A DNA stretch of 64,000 nucleotides from Minisyncoccota bacterium (lineage in GTDB: Bacteria; Patescibacteriota; Minisyncoccia; Phycocordibacterales; UBA2100). The stretch covers positions 112,840 through 176,839 of the forward strand of contig DASSSZ010000005.1 in NCBI GenBank assembly GCA_035708165.1, read 5' to 3'. The position numbers were made by a program, and so were the translations under genes. This document shows positions 1 to 9,570 of this stretch, piece after piece. The notes below the pieces were generated by a model. That model had not been told where the DNA came from. It searched no databases and worked only from the letters and a program-made list of their open reading frames with translations. Positions within the stretch are counted from its first letter, which is position 1, and each line of letters begins with the position of its first letter.

Positions 1-723
1 CGCACCGAGATCACGCAGTACGACCTCATCCGCTCCATCGAGAAGGTCATGCTCGGCCCCGAGCGCCGGAGCCACGTGCTCAATAAGAAGGAGAAGGAGA
101 TCACCGCATACCACGAAGCGGGGCACGCGGTGCTGGCGAGCGTCCTGCCGTACGCCGATCCGGTGCACAAGGTCTCCATCATCTCGCGCGGCCGCGCGGC
201 AGGCTACACGCTGAAGCTCCCGCTCGACGAGCGACGCATGCAGACCAAGCGGGAATTCCTCGACGATATCGCCGTCTCGATCGGCGGCTACGTGACCGAG
301 CAGCTGATCTTCGACGACCTCACGACCGGCCCGTCGAACGACTTGCAGGTCCTCACCGGGCTTGCGCGCGACATGGTCGCCCGCTGGGGGATGTCCGAGT
401 CCGTCGGCCCGATCGCGCTCACGAGCAATGGCGGCCGGCCGCTCTTCGGCGGCACCGGCGTCGAAGGGTCGGAATACTCCGAGCAGGTCGCCGCGCAGAT
501 CGATGACGAGGTGAGGCGGATCATCACTGAGGCCTACGACCGCGCGAAGACGGAGATCACGAAGCATCGCGACCTTCTCGAAGCGATCGCGAAGCGCCTG
601 GTGGATGTGGAGACGATCGAGCGCGAGGAGTTCGAAGGCATCCTGCGCGCGCATGGCGTGACGCCGAAGCACCGCGAGGACGCGATCGACCTCGTCTCCG
701 AAGCGCCATCCATCCAGGAGTAG
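1..723 (+). CDS. ftsH: ATP-dependent zinc metalloprotease FtsH, C-terminal part (5' end outside window)
   Basis: Frame 1 is open from position 1. HEAGHA zinc-binding motif and M41 peptidase-domain sequence are present. Stop at 721-723. Confidence 0.9.
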   Translation, partial: RTEITQYDLIRSIEKVMLGPERRSHVLNKKEKEITAYHEAGHAVLASVLPYADPVHKVSIISRGRAAGYTLKLPLDERRMQTKREFLDDIAVSIGGYVTEQLIFDDLTTGPSNDLQVLTGLARDMVARWGMSESVGPIALTSNGGRPLFGGTGVEGSEYSEQVAAQIDDEVRRIITEAYDRAKTEITKHRDLLEAIAKRLVDVETIEREEFEGILRAHGVTPKHREDAIDLVSEAPSIQE

Positions 724-737
724 CACCGCTGCTTCCT

Positions 738-1790
738 ATGCACACGCACGCCGCCATCCCCATGGCGGCGTGCGGTATACTGGACGGCATGGATGCCGTA
801 GAAAAAATGAGTCCCGAAGACGCTGCGAAGATGGCAGCGATCAATGAGAAGATCGATGCGCGCCGCGCAGGCGCGATGAACGTGATGCCGGATGCGCCCG
901 AAGCCGCGCCGGCCCCGAGCAGCGCGCGCGAGCAGCTGCACGGCAACGACAGCTTCCTCGCGAAGTTCATGCCGCACCGGAAGGAGGCGAATGGGGATCA
1001 GCCGGCGGACGAAGCGGCCATCGAGGCTGCGGCGGGCTCGATCAAGGACGAGCAGGTCGCTGCGGAAGCCCCGGCCCCGGCTCCTGCGCCTGAAGCGGCG
1101 CCGGCGGCAGGCGGCATCGATCCCTCGCTGACGCCCGAACAGGCCGAAGCCCGCGCAGCGGGCGGCATTGCGCCGGTCATGGCGATGCCGCGCATGGAAG
1201 CGCCTGCTGCACCGGCCGCTCCCGCTCCTGCGAACGAGCAGGCACCGGCTGCGTCCTCGGACACGGATGCACTCCGGAAGCAGTACGAAGACCAGCTGAA
1301 TACGATGATGAACGCACCGGCAGCCCCTGCCGCGCCGAGCGAGGCTGCACCGGCCGCTTCCGTTCCTGCGCCGGCAGAGCGGCATGATGTGCCGGCCCCC
1401 GCGAAGCCGTCGGTGAGCGATCGCCTCACGGAAGCGCTCGAGCGCGAGCACGCGAAGACAGGCCAGGATGCCGCGAAGCCGGAGGCCGTGCCGGCAAAGC
1501 CGATTGCCGCTGCACCGAGCGTCGCTCCCGCAGAGGTCGCGCCGCATGCCGTTGCGAAGAGCGAGTCTGCGCACGAGCACGCGAAGGCCGAGGCAGCTCC
1601 GCATGCGGATGCCGATCTCGTGAAGCTGATGGAGCGCCTCGACAAGGAAGAGGCTGACGCGAAGCAGGCGCTTGCCGCGATCACGCAGAAACGCGAGCGC
1701 TTCCTCGAAGCGAAGAAGAAGCTCGACGCGCTCCGCGCGCAGGAAGCCGCAGAGAAGCAGAAGCTCGAGGAGCTGCTGAAGGCCGCGTAG
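738..1790 (+). CDS. hypothetical Ala/Pro-rich protein with C-terminal coiled coil
   Basis: 350-aa ORF directly downstream of ftsH. Low-complexity APAPAPEAAPA tracts and a charged helical C-terminus. A rho-independent-like hairpin follows at 1809-1837. The exact start is uncertain. Confidence 0.45.
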   Translation: MHTHAAIPMAACGILDGMDAVEKMSPEDAAKMAAINEKIDARRAGAMNVMPDAPEAAPAPSSAREQLHGNDSFLAKFMPHRKEANGDQPADEAAIEAAAGSIKDEQVAAEAPAPAPAPEAAPAAGGIDPSLTPEQAEARAAGGIAPVMAMPRMEAPAAPAAPAPANEQAPAASSDTDALRKQYEDQLNTMMNAPAAPAAPSEAAPAASVPAPAERHDVPAPAKPSVSDRLTEALEREHAKTGQDAAKPEAVPAKPIAAAPSVAPAEVAPHAVAKSESAHEHAKAEAAPHADADLVKLMERLDKEEADAKQALAAITQKRERFLEAKKKLDALRAQEAAEKQKLEELLKAA

Positions 1791-1808
1791 CCTCTCGCGC
1801 CCGCATGA

Positions 1809-1837
1809 AACGGCCGCTCCCTTTGGGAGCGGCCGTT
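1809..1837. terminator. GC-rich hairpin (aacggccgctccc-ttt-gggagcggccgtt), bidirectional terminator candidate
   Basis: Perfect 13-bp stem with a 3-nt loop between convergent ORFs. Confidence 0.55.
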
Positions 1838-1839
1838 CG

Positions 1840-1935
1840 CTACTGCGCGAGCACGCGGTAGCGCTTCACTGAAGCAAGCCGCCGGATGACAAGCATCGCG
1901 ATACACGCGATAAGGACGATGGCACAGAACAGCAT
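1840..1935 (-). CDS. possible 31-aa hydrophobic small membrane peptide
   Basis: Hand translation gives MLFCAIVLIACIAMLVIRRLASVKRYRVLAQ. GGAGAG precedes the ATG. It is below the ORF-track size cutoff. Confidence 0.25.
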   Translation of the reverse strand: MLFCAIVLIACIAMLVIRRLASVKRYRVLAQ

Positions 1936-2022
1936 CCGCCTCTCCTATGGTGCGAACGGCTGCATGATACGGCTGCTGGCAGCTCGGTGCAATCCTTGAC
2001 CGGTCTGCTATAGTAGCCGCAT

Positions 2023-2096
2023 CCGCCCGTAGCTCAGCTGGTTAGAGCTCGGAGCTTATACCTCCGCGGTCCTTGGTTCGAATCCAAGCGGGCGGA
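2023..2096 (+). tRNA. tRNA-Ile, anticodon UAU (gene TAT)
   Basis: Hand-folded cloverleaf. Acceptor CCGCCCG pairs with CGGGCGG. D-arm is GCTC/GAGC and T-arm is CTTGG-TTCGAAT-CCAAG. Anticodon loop is CTTATAC. No CCA is encoded. Confidence 0.75.
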
Positions 2097-2193
2097 CACG
2101 CATTCGCAATTCGTACGAGCGGCACCAGGGTGGCGTGGGATATTCCGCCGCGGTCCTTGGTCGGATCAGTGGGCAGGCGTGCACCGCAAGGAT

Positions 2194-4509
2194 CTACTCC
2201 TGGTGCAGCGCCTGCGCGATCGCGCGCGTGCGTGCGCGCAAGGCAGGGTGCGCATCGAGCGCAGGATCGGCTGCGAGGACGGCTGCGGCTTCCGCGCGCG
2301 CTGCCTCGATCAGGCGCGGGTTCTTCAGCGCTTCCATGCCGAGATCTGAGACGCCCCACTGCGAACGACCGTAGAGGTCGCCGGCGCCACGGTTCGCGAG
2401 ATCTGCTTCCGCGAGGGCGAACCCGTCCGCGCTTCTCTCGAGCGCCCTGAGGCGGCTGAGCGATGCCTGCGAGCTCGTGTCCGGCAGGAGGTAGCAGAAG
2501 GCATCGAACGCGCTGCGCCGCACGCGGCCGCGCAGCTGGTGGAGCTGCGAGAGCCCGAAGCGCTCCGCGCCCTCGATCGCGATCACGGTCGCGTTGGGGA
2601 CATTCACGCCGACTTCGATCACCGACGTGGCTACGAGGATCTGCGTCTCATTCGCGGCGAATGCCGCCATTGCCGCGTCCTTCTCGTCCGGCTTCATCTT
2701 GCCGTGGATGAGCCCGACCGCGTATTCGGGGAAGACATCCGCAGCGAGGCGTTTCGCTTCCGCGATCGCGCTCTTCGCCTGGAGCGCCATCTCCTTGGCC
2801 GGATCCGGCTCATCGATGCGCGGGCAGACGATATACGCCTGCCGGCCTGCCGCGAGCTCGCGGCGGATAGCCGCGTACATGGCATCGCGCTCGCTCTTCT
2901 TCACGAGTGTCGTGGTGATTCCTGCGCGCTGCGGCGGCAGCTCGTCGAGGACGCTGATATCGAGGTCGCCGTAGATGGTCAAGGCGAGCGTGCGGGGGAT
3001 CGGGGTCGCGGTCATGCTGAGGAAATGCGGCGCGCCATTCGCCTGCGATCGGCGCGCTTCCTCGCTGCGGCCCACCTGCGCCTCGGCTACAGCCCGCCGG
3101 TGCGCATTCTTCGGCGCATTCCCCGCGCCTCGAACCGCATCCGATTCCGGACGGATTGAATTCTTCTGCGCGAGCGCCTGTCTCTGCCGCGTCCCGAACC
3201 GATGCTGCTCATCCACGATCGCGTAGGCGAGGTTGCGGAACTTCACCGTCTTCTGGATCAAGGCGTGCGTGCCGACGACCATCGCGATCTCGCCTCCGGC
3301 GACCCATTTGAGGAGCTGCGCGCGGGAGATCTTCGTCGGCTCGGTGCGATTCACCTTCGAGGGGTACTTCCAGCAGCCGCTCCCGGTGATGAGGGCGAGC
3401 GAGATCGGGAGCTCCTTGAAGTACTCGATGAACGAGCGGAAGTGCTGCCCGGCGAGGATCTCGGTCGGCGCCATGTAGGCGACCTGCAGGGTCCCGCTCT
3501 CGCGCCCGGCCGGGCGGCTGGTAACCGCGGCGTAGCTCGTCACGGCGGCGACGGCAGTCTTGCCGGCGCCCACGTCGCCCTCGAGGAGGCGCGCCATGGG
3601 GTGCGGCTTCCGGAAATCCGCGAAGATCTCGGCGATCGCGCGCTTCTGCGCGCCGGTGAGCGCGTAGGGGAAGGTCGCGGCGAATCGCGCCGCCTGCGCC
3701 TCATCGGCATCGATCGCAGGCGCGCGCATCGCATCGTTCTCGCCGCGCTCGAGCCGCTTGCTCGCCTGGATCACGAAGATCTCCTCGAACGCGAAGCGCT
3801 TCCGCGCGGCCTCGGCGTCGCGCAGGTTCTGCGGCGTGTGCATATAGATGAGCGCAGCGGGAAGCGCGGGGAGATGCAGCTTCTCGGCGACATCCGCCGG
3901 GATCGGGTCGTCGAGCGTATCCTGCAGGCCCGCTTCGAAGAGGCGCCGCACGGCATGGTAGAACCATCTGCTCGTGATGCCCTTCGTCTCCGGATAGACG
4001 GGGTAGAGCGTATCGTCCCCATCCGGTTCTCCGAGCAGGGGGGCGGGGATCGCCGAGCGCGAGATCGGCTCGATCTCCGGGTTCGTGATGTAGGGCTTGT
4101 CCTTGCCGGCGACGGTGCCGGTGAGCCGGACAGGGACGCCCATGGGCACCATCTTCGCGATATACGGCTGGTTGAACCACAGCACCTTGATCCTGCCGGT
4201 GCCATCCTCGAAGTAGCCTTGCGCCACGTTGCGCTTGCTCTTCCAGAGCTTCTTCGCTTCGAGCCTGCTCAGCTGCCCGTAGAGCGTGACGTGCTGCCCG
4301 CTCTCTAGCGCGGCGACGCTGCCGCCCTCGCCTGCGCGCTCATGCCGGACAGGGAAGTGGCGCAGCAGGTCCTCGAGCGTGACGAGCCCCAGGCGCTTGA
4401 GCGCGCTCTGCTGCACCGGCGTCAGCCGGAACTGCTGGATGATCGGATCCGTCGCGCGCATGCGGGCAGTATACCCGCTAGAGGAAGATGCGTGCGAGAC
4501 GGATGTCAT
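2194..4509 (-). CDS. recG: ATP-dependent DNA helicase RecG
   Basis: 771-aa ORF with an N-terminal wedge region, GDVGAGKT Walker A and a DEQHRFG-type DExH box, plus helicase C-terminal motifs. Confidence 0.9.
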   Translation of the reverse strand: MTSVSHASSSSGYTARMRATDPIIQQFRLTPVQQSALKRLGLVTLEDLLRHFPVRHERAGEGGSVAALESGQHVTLYGQLSRLEAKKLWKSKRNVAQGYFEDGTGRIKVLWFNQPYIAKMVPMGVPVRLTGTVAGKDKPYITNPEIEPISRSAIPAPLLGEPDGDDTLYPVYPETKGITSRWFYHAVRRLFEAGLQDTLDDPIPADVAEKLHLPALPAALIYMHTPQNLRDAEAARKRFAFEEIFVIQASKRLERGENDAMRAPAIDADEAQAARFAATFPYALTGAQKRAIAEIFADFRKPHPMARLLEGDVGAGKTAVAAVTSYAAVTSRPAGRESGTLQVAYMAPTEILAGQHFRSFIEYFKELPISLALITGSGCWKYPSKVNRTEPTKISRAQLLKWVAGGEIAMVVGTHALIQKTVKFRNLAYAIVDEQHRFGTRQRQALAQKNSIRPESDAVRGAGNAPKNAHRRAVAEAQVGRSEEARRSQANGAPHFLSMTATPIPRTLALTIYGDLDISVLDELPPQRAGITTTLVKKSERDAMYAAIRRELAAGRQAYIVCPRIDEPDPAKEMALQAKSAIAEAKRLAADVFPEYAVGLIHGKMKPDEKDAAMAAFAANETQILVATSVIEVGVNVPNATVIAIEGAERFGLSQLHQLRGRVRRSAFDAFCYLLPDTSSQASLSRLRALERSADGFALAEADLANRGAGDLYGRSQWGVSDLGMEALKNPRLIEAARAEAAAVLAADPALDAHPALRARTRAIAQALHQE

Positions 4510-6202
4510 CGAAGGAGTAGGAGGAACCGAGCTTCGACTTGGCGGCGCCGAGCGGCATCTCGCCGCCGCGGCTCTTCGCGATGCCCTCGAGCGCCGTTTT
4601 CATCTTCCCGAAGCGCTTCGCCTCCGGCTTGAGGTATTCGATGTCCGCACGCGTGATCTTCCCTTCGCCGAGCAGCTTCTCGACATGCCCGATGATCGTG
4701 CCTTCCGTGAGGCCGCGCGCCTTCGCCATCTCGGCGATGCCGCGCTGCTCATTGATGAGCGCGCGCGTCGCGTCGAAAGTCGCGCCGGGCTTCTGCTTCG
4801 GGCGGGGCTCCGCGGAGGGCGCGTACGCGATCTCTTTGAGAGAGCCTCCCGCCGCACGCAGGAAATTCTCATGGAGTGTCGCGAGCTCGGCGGGATCGAG
4901 TGCGGCGAACTGCTCCGCAGCCGCATCGGACCGCTCGCGGAAGGCAGCGTCGGCCGCGAGGATCTCGGGATGCACTTCGAGCGCGCGCTTGTTAAGGCCG
5001 GCGAGCGAAAGGCCCTCGAGCGAGCGCACGCGCGAGAGCGCCACGTATCCCTGTCCGTACTCGAAGACGTCCGAGAGGTCCATGTGCGCCGCATCGAGCG
5101 ACATCCCTTGGCTCTTATGCACCGTCATCGCCCAGGCGAGCCGCAGCGGCACCTGCCGGATCGAGGCGAGCACGCGGCCGCCTTCTTCGAGGCGCCATTC
5201 ATCGGGCTCCGCGACGATCGTCGCGCCATCGTGCGTCCGTACGATCGGGTAGCCGCTCCCGTCCGCGAAGCCGGCCACTTCGCCCAGGGTGCCGTTCGCG
5301 TAGCGGTGCATTGCCGCATCGTTCTTCGTGAACATGACGCGGGCGCCTTCCTTCAAGACGAGCGTCTCGGGAGAGAGGCACCCGCGCACCAGGGCGGCGA
5401 CCAGGTTCGCGGGCCCGGCGCTCGTCATCGAGAATGCGCGTCTGTCGCCGGCAAGCGCGCCAAGAGCGCGATCGTTCAGAGCGTCCACGTTCGCGTTCCT
5501 GCTGTAGAGCTGCGTGACGCCCGGAGCAGGGCGCGACGCGTAGCGCGTGCGCAGGAGCGCGAGGTGCTGCTCGCCGTGCGTGCCGCTCCTCACGGCGTTG
5601 AGGAATTCGAGGAACGGCTCATCGCTCTGACGATGCTGCTCGGTGAGGTAGCAGATGAGCGGGTCGAGCGCGTCCCATGCCGCGCTCCCGAAGGCGAAGC
5701 GCGGCGCGGGAGGCGCGTCGTCATAGACGATCTCCTGAGCGGCGCGCTGCTCGCTGCCCTTTGTCTCGACGGGCGGCAGCTGGAAGAAATCGCCGACGAG
5801 CACCACAGTGAGGCCGCCGAATGGGCGCGCATCGCGCCGCACTTCGCGGCAGACAGCGTCCACCATGCTGAGCGTCGCCGCTGAGAGCATCGAGATCTCA
5901 TCGATGATGAGGACCGCGGGTGCGGTGATCCGCTTCACCGCGTTCTTGTTCTGGCTGATCGCATCGAGGTCGTACGCGCTGAGGTCGCGCTTGATGCCGA
6001 TGCCGCTCCAGGAGTGGATGGTCATGCCGCCGATGTGCGTCGCGGCGATGCCGGTCGAGGCGGTGATCGCCGGCTCGAGCCCGTGGCGGCGCAGGTATTC
6101 GACGAATCGGTTGATCGTGTACGTCTTGCCCGCGCCCGGCTCGCCGGTAAGGAAGGCGGATGCGCCGGTCTTCAGTATCGCGAGCGCTTCATCCTGCGTC
6201 AT
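4478..6202 (-). CDS. PIF1/RecD-family ATP-dependent DNA helicase with a C-terminal HTH-like extension
   Basis: Walker A GEPGAGKT, Walker B LIIDEISM and the PIF1 signature GDFFQLPPV. Its 3' end overlaps the recG start by 32 nt. Confidence 0.8.
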   Translation of the reverse strand: MTQDEALAILKTGASAFLTGEPGAGKTYTINRFVEYLRRHGLEPAITASTGIAATHIGGMTIHSWSGIGIKRDLSAYDLDAISQNKNAVKRITAPAVLIIDEISMLSAATLSMVDAVCREVRRDARPFGGLTVVLVGDFFQLPPVETKGSEQRAAQEIVYDDAPPAPRFAFGSAAWDALDPLICYLTEQHRQSDEPFLEFLNAVRSGTHGEQHLALLRTRYASRPAPGVTQLYSRNANVDALNDRALGALAGDRRAFSMTSAGPANLVAALVRGCLSPETLVLKEGARVMFTKNDAAMHRYANGTLGEVAGFADGSGYPIVRTHDGATIVAEPDEWRLEEGGRVLASIRQVPLRLAWAMTVHKSQGMSLDAAHMDLSDVFEYGQGYVALSRVRSLEGLSLAGLNKRALEVHPEILAADAAFRERSDAAAEQFAALDPAELATLHENFLRAAGGSLKEIAYAPSAEPRPKQKPGATFDATRALINEQRGIAEMAKARGLTEGTIIGHVEKLLGEGKITRADIEYLKPEAKRFGKMKTALEGIAKSRGGEMPLGAAKSKLGSSYSFDDIRLARIFL

Positions 6203-6229
6203 GCCCGCATTCTAGCAAACGCAGCAGGC

Positions 6230-7456
6230 TTAGAAATCGATCTCGATATGCTCAGGCCTGAATCCGAGACCGATGACACGCGCGGGGATGCGGCGCAGGA
6301 TCGGGAACCAGGCGAGGAACCGGAACGGCAGCGGCATGCGCACTCCTTTCTTCGCGCGAAGGATGGGGGCGAGGAACCGGTCCTGCAGCAGGACCTGCAG
6401 CTTCTGCATGCGCAGCGCCGCCGGCGCGCGCCTCGCCTCGACGGCGTTGAGCGTCGCGAGCGGGAGCGCGCCCTTCTTGGCGCGTAGCGCGGGCACGAGG
6501 ATGTTCGCGGCTCCGATCGCATCCGCGATCGCGTAATTGATGCCGACGCCGCCGACGGGGGACATCGCGTGCGCCGCGTCGCCGATCAGGAGGATGCCGT
6601 CCGCGGCCCACGGCGATACGTGATCAACCGCGACCGAGAGGAGCTTCACGTCGTCCCAGCTCTCGATGCCGGCGAGCGCGCCTTGGGGGAGCTTCGCGAG
6701 CGTGGCGATCGAGGAGCGGAACGCGTCCAGCCCTGCGGCCTTGATCGCATCGAATGCGCCTTTCTCGATGATGAATCCGCACTGCCAATAGTCGTGGCGG
6801 TCGAGCATCACGAGCGCGCCGCCTGCTTCCGTATACGCCAGCGATTCGCGCGTGTCGGCGTCGTGCCGGTCGATCCGGAACCAGAGCACATCGATCGGGA
6901 CGCCGAGCGCCGCGACCTTCGCGCCGAGCGCGTCGCGCATCGTCGAGTGGCGGCCGTCGGCGCCGATCACGAGATCCGCGCTGATATCGAACGCGCCATC
7001 GGCGTCGCGCGCCGTAATGCCGGTGATGCGGCCGCTCTCGTCGCGGATGAGCCCGGTCGCATCCGTCGCCATCAGGAGGGTGAACGCAGGGAACGCGGCG
7101 GCTTTGGTGGCGAGGAAATTGAGGAAATCCCACTGCGGGATGAACGCGATGAAACGCGCGCGAGTGGGGAGGTGCGAGAAATCGGCGACTGCCACTTCAT
7201 CGGGGCCTACGGTGAGCGACATACGCGCCATCTCGCTGTGCGGGAGCGCCAGGAACTCATCGAGGAGCCCGAGCTCGGCGAGCGCATCCATCGTGCTCGG
7301 GTGGATGGTATCTCCGCGGAAGTCGCGGAAGAAGTCCGGCCATTTCTCGAGCACGATGACGCTGATCCCGGCTCGCGCGAGGAGATAACCGAGCATGATG
7401 CCTGCGGGCCCGCCGCCGGCGATGCAGACGCGGGCCTCCTTGTGTCGTGTGTCCAT
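6230..7456 (-). CDS. FAD-dependent oxidoreductase (geranylgeranyl-reductase/UbiH-like)
   Basis: N-terminal Rossmann motif CIAGGGPAGIMLGYLLARAG. The likely start is MDTRHKEARV at 7456; the ORF extends to 7549. Confidence 0.7.
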   Translation of the reverse strand: MDTRHKEARVCIAGGGPAGIMLGYLLARAGISVIVLEKWPDFFRDFRGDTIHPSTMDALAELGLLDEFLALPHSEMARMSLTVGPDEVAVADFSHLPTRARFIAFIPQWDFLNFLATKAAAFPAFTLLMATDATGLIRDESGRITGITARDADGAFDISADLVIGADGRHSTMRDALGAKVAALGVPIDVLWFRIDRHDADTRESLAYTEAGGALVMLDRHDYWQCGFIIEKGAFDAIKAAGLDAFRSSIATLAKLPQGALAGIESWDDVKLLSVAVDHVSPWAADGILLIGDAAHAMSPVGGVGINYAIADAIGAANILVPALRAKKGALPLATLNAVEARRAPAALRMQKLQVLLQDRFLAPILRAKKGVRMPLPFRFLAWFPILRRIPARVIGLGFRPEHIEIDF

Positions 7457-7543
7457 GCCCTCAGTATACCCGTATCGGAGCGATCGGCGCCGGGAGCCCA
7501 CAGCACCGCTCTTCGCTGCGCAGAGATACGATACAATAGGCAT

Positions 7544-8389
7544 ATGCATGCACGTGCACTGTCATGCTGCCGGATCATCCTGGCATGCTTCGCGATTGCC
7601 ATAACCGCCCCTTCGGCGGCTATCGCTGCACAGCCCGCGGACGGGCTCGGCAGCGCGGTCGCGGTGACGGTCCCGTTCGCGGCAGCGCCGGGGGATATCA
7701 TCGCGTACGACGATGCGAGCGGCGCATACCGCCTCGCGCAGGAAGGTGACAGCGCCATCGCGGGCGTAGCTGTCGCGGATCCGCCCATCGTGCTCTTCAG
7801 CGGCACCGCAGCGAGCGGGACGCCGATCACGCGAAGCGGCAGCGTGCCGGTGCTGGTCTCGCTCGAGAATGGCCCGATCGCGGAAGGAGATGGCATCGCG
7901 ATCTCATCCGTCCCGGGCATCGGCATGCGAGCCGGCGCCTCGAGCAGCGCGGCAGTCGGCACTGCGCAGGAAGCGTTCGACGGGACGGATGCGACGGGCA
8001 CGCTCGCGATCGGCGGCCGCGCCGTGCCGGAAGACGCGATCAGCGTCATGCTCGCGGAGGCAGGTCCGGGCGCAGGCGGCGACGAGGGAGAAGGAGGCAT
8101 CGCCTGCACCGCTGGCGCGACCGCGTGCGCGATCATGGCGAAGATCAATGCTGCGCCGCTTGTCGCGCTGGTGCGCTACCTGCTCGCCGCCGCGCTCGCG
8201 TTCGGCTCGCTCTTCGTGGCCTTCCGGATCTTCGTCGCGAATGCGATCAACGGCATCGTCTCGATCGGGCGCAACCCGCTCGCCAAAGGCGCGATCCAGG
8301 CGATGATCATCCTCAACGCCGTGCTCGCAGCGTTCATCATGGTCGCGGGCGTCGGGGCGGGTATCGCCATCCTGCTCGTCCAGGCATGA
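7544..8389 (+). CDS. secreted/membrane protein with a C-terminal hairpin resembling ATP synthase subunit c (no carboxylate)
   Basis: Signal peptide MHARALSCCRIILACFAIAITAPSAAIAA is followed by an Ala/Gly-rich domain. The C-terminal two helices ...SIGRNPLAKGAIQAMIILNAVLAAFIMVAGVGAG resemble the c-subunit loop ARQPExKG...AVAE. The position that should hold the ion-binding Glu/Asp is Ala. The gene sits immediately upstream of atpF. Confidence 0.5.
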   Translation: MHARALSCCRIILACFAIAITAPSAAIAAQPADGLGSAVAVTVPFAAAPGDIIAYDDASGAYRLAQEGDSAIAGVAVADPPIVLFSGTAASGTPITRSGSVPVLVSLENGPIAEGDGIAISSVPGIGMRAGASSSAAVGTAQEAFDGTDATGTLAIGGRAVPEDAISVMLAEAGPGAGGDEGEGGIACTAGATACAIMAKINAAPLVALVRYLLAAALAFGSLFVAFRIFVANAINGIVSIGRNPLAKGAIQAMIILNAVLAAFIMVAGVGAGIAILLVQA

Positions 8390-8396
8390 CGCCCGC

Positions 8397-9080
8397 GTGC
8401 TAGCATATCCACGTATGATCCCTCTCGTCCTCTTCGCGATCGCCTCACTCGCTGTCCTGCTCATCGCGGCGGCGCTCGCGCTTGCGGCATACGCGTGGCT
8501 GCGCGGCCGGGGGGACGCGGCGCTCGCAAAGGAGGATGCGCGCCTGCGGGCCGAGCGCGAGGCGGCGGGCATCGTCGCGCATGCCGAGGACGAAGCGCGC
8601 GACCTCATGGGCGAGGCGCAGGAGGCGAGCATGCGGCTCGCATCCGCCCGCGCGTCTGAGGATGAGAAGGCGGCGCGCGCGTTCGAGGCGCGCTTCGATG
8701 CGCTCCTCGCGAAGCTCGAAGCCAGGCTCGATGCCACGGGCGAGGCGATCGCCGCGGCCGAGCAGCACGCGAGCGCCGAGGCCCTCGCGCGGCTCAAGGC
8801 ATCCGGCGAGACGGCACAGGCGCATCTCGAGGAGGCGCTTGCCGCGCTCGGGAAGGATGCATCCGCGCGGATCGAGACGGAGGTGGCGCAGGCGTTCTCA
8901 GCCGCGCGCGACGCAGCGGCGCAGTACGTCGCAGCGCGCACCGCGGCCGTGGATGCGCAGATAGGCGCGCTCATCAGCGAGACAGTGAAGGCGGTCCTCG
9001 GGAAAGACATGCCCGAGTCACTGACGGTCGAACTCGCGCAGAAGGCGCTCGAGGAGGCGAAAGCAGCGCATGTCTTCTAA
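8397..9080 (+). CDS. atpF: F0F1 ATP synthase subunit b-like
   Basis: One N-terminal TM helix followed by a long Ala/Glu/Arg-rich helix. Position is at the head of the atp cluster. Confidence 0.6.
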   Translation: MLAYPRMIPLVLFAIASLAVLLIAAALALAAYAWLRGRGDAALAKEDARLRAEREAAGIVAHAEDEARDLMGEAQEASMRLASARASEDEKAARAFEARFDALLAKLEARLDATGEAIAAAEQHASAEALARLKASGETAQAHLEEALAALGKDASARIETEVAQAFSAARDAAAQYVAARTAAVDAQIGALISETVKAVLGKDMPESLTVELAQKALEEAKAAHVF

Positions 9081-9570
9081 GAAGGAGGAGGTGGGAGCCG
9101 ATGCGCTGCTCGCGTCTCTCATCGCGAGCGCGTACACGCTGACGGATGCGCACGCCTGCATCCGCGCGCTTGCGGATGCCGTCGAGCGATCCCGTTTCGG
9201 CGCCGCTGCAGAAGACGCGGCGCGGGCTGCGCTGCCGTGGGGTGCCGCGACTATGCACGCGCTCGCGGGAGGGGAGGACGCGCACGATACGCTCACGGAG
9301 CTTGCGCGCAGGGCAGACGCCCTGCCAGTCCTGGTGCTCTATGTCCCGGCCGCGCTTTCTGCCGCCGGGGTCGAGCGCCTCGGCCGATGGTGCCGAGCGA
9401 ACATCGATCCGTCCCTCATGCTCTCGCTGCATACCGATCCCGCGGCGGCAGGCGGCTGCATCTTCGCTTGGCAGGATCATCTGCATGATTTCTCGCTCAG
9501 CTACTTCCTCGCGAAGGAGCGCGATGCCTTCTCGCGCGTGCTTGCAGCGCACGCCCCGGCTGTCGTATGA
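9070..9570 (+). CDS. atpH: F0F1 ATP synthase subunit delta-like (divergent)
   Basis: 166-aa helical protein between atpF and atpA, overlapping both neighbours by a few nt. The call rests on synteny. Confidence 0.5.
   Translation: MSSKKEEVGADALLASLIASAYTLTDAHACIRALADAVERSRFGAAAEDAARAALPWGAATMHALAGGEDAHDTLTELARRADALPVLVLYVPAALSAAGVERLGRWCRANIDPSLMLSLHTDPAAAGGCIFAWQDHLHDFSLSYFLAKERDAFSRVLAAHAPAVV

Noticed and set aside
534-1906. Long minus-strand ORFs (534-1604, 998-1906, 557-970) opposite ftsH and the Ala/Pro-rich gene
   Set aside because: Typical high-GC shadow frames. Translations are Arg/Ala/Gly-rich low-complexity with no motifs, and they fully overlap better-supported genes.
2539-5884. 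Plus-strand ORFs 2539-3159, 3202-4308, 4286-5884, 4539-5252 inside recG and the PIF1 helicase
   Set aside because: Antisense to strongly supported helicase genes. Arg-rich compositions are characteristic of GC3-skew artefacts.
6569-7543. 5' two-thirds of the 606-aa plus-strand ORF 6569-8389
   Set aside because: This part is antisense to the FAD-oxidoreductase gene and Arg/Asp-rich. Only the portion from the ATG at 7544 (signal peptide onward) looks genuine.
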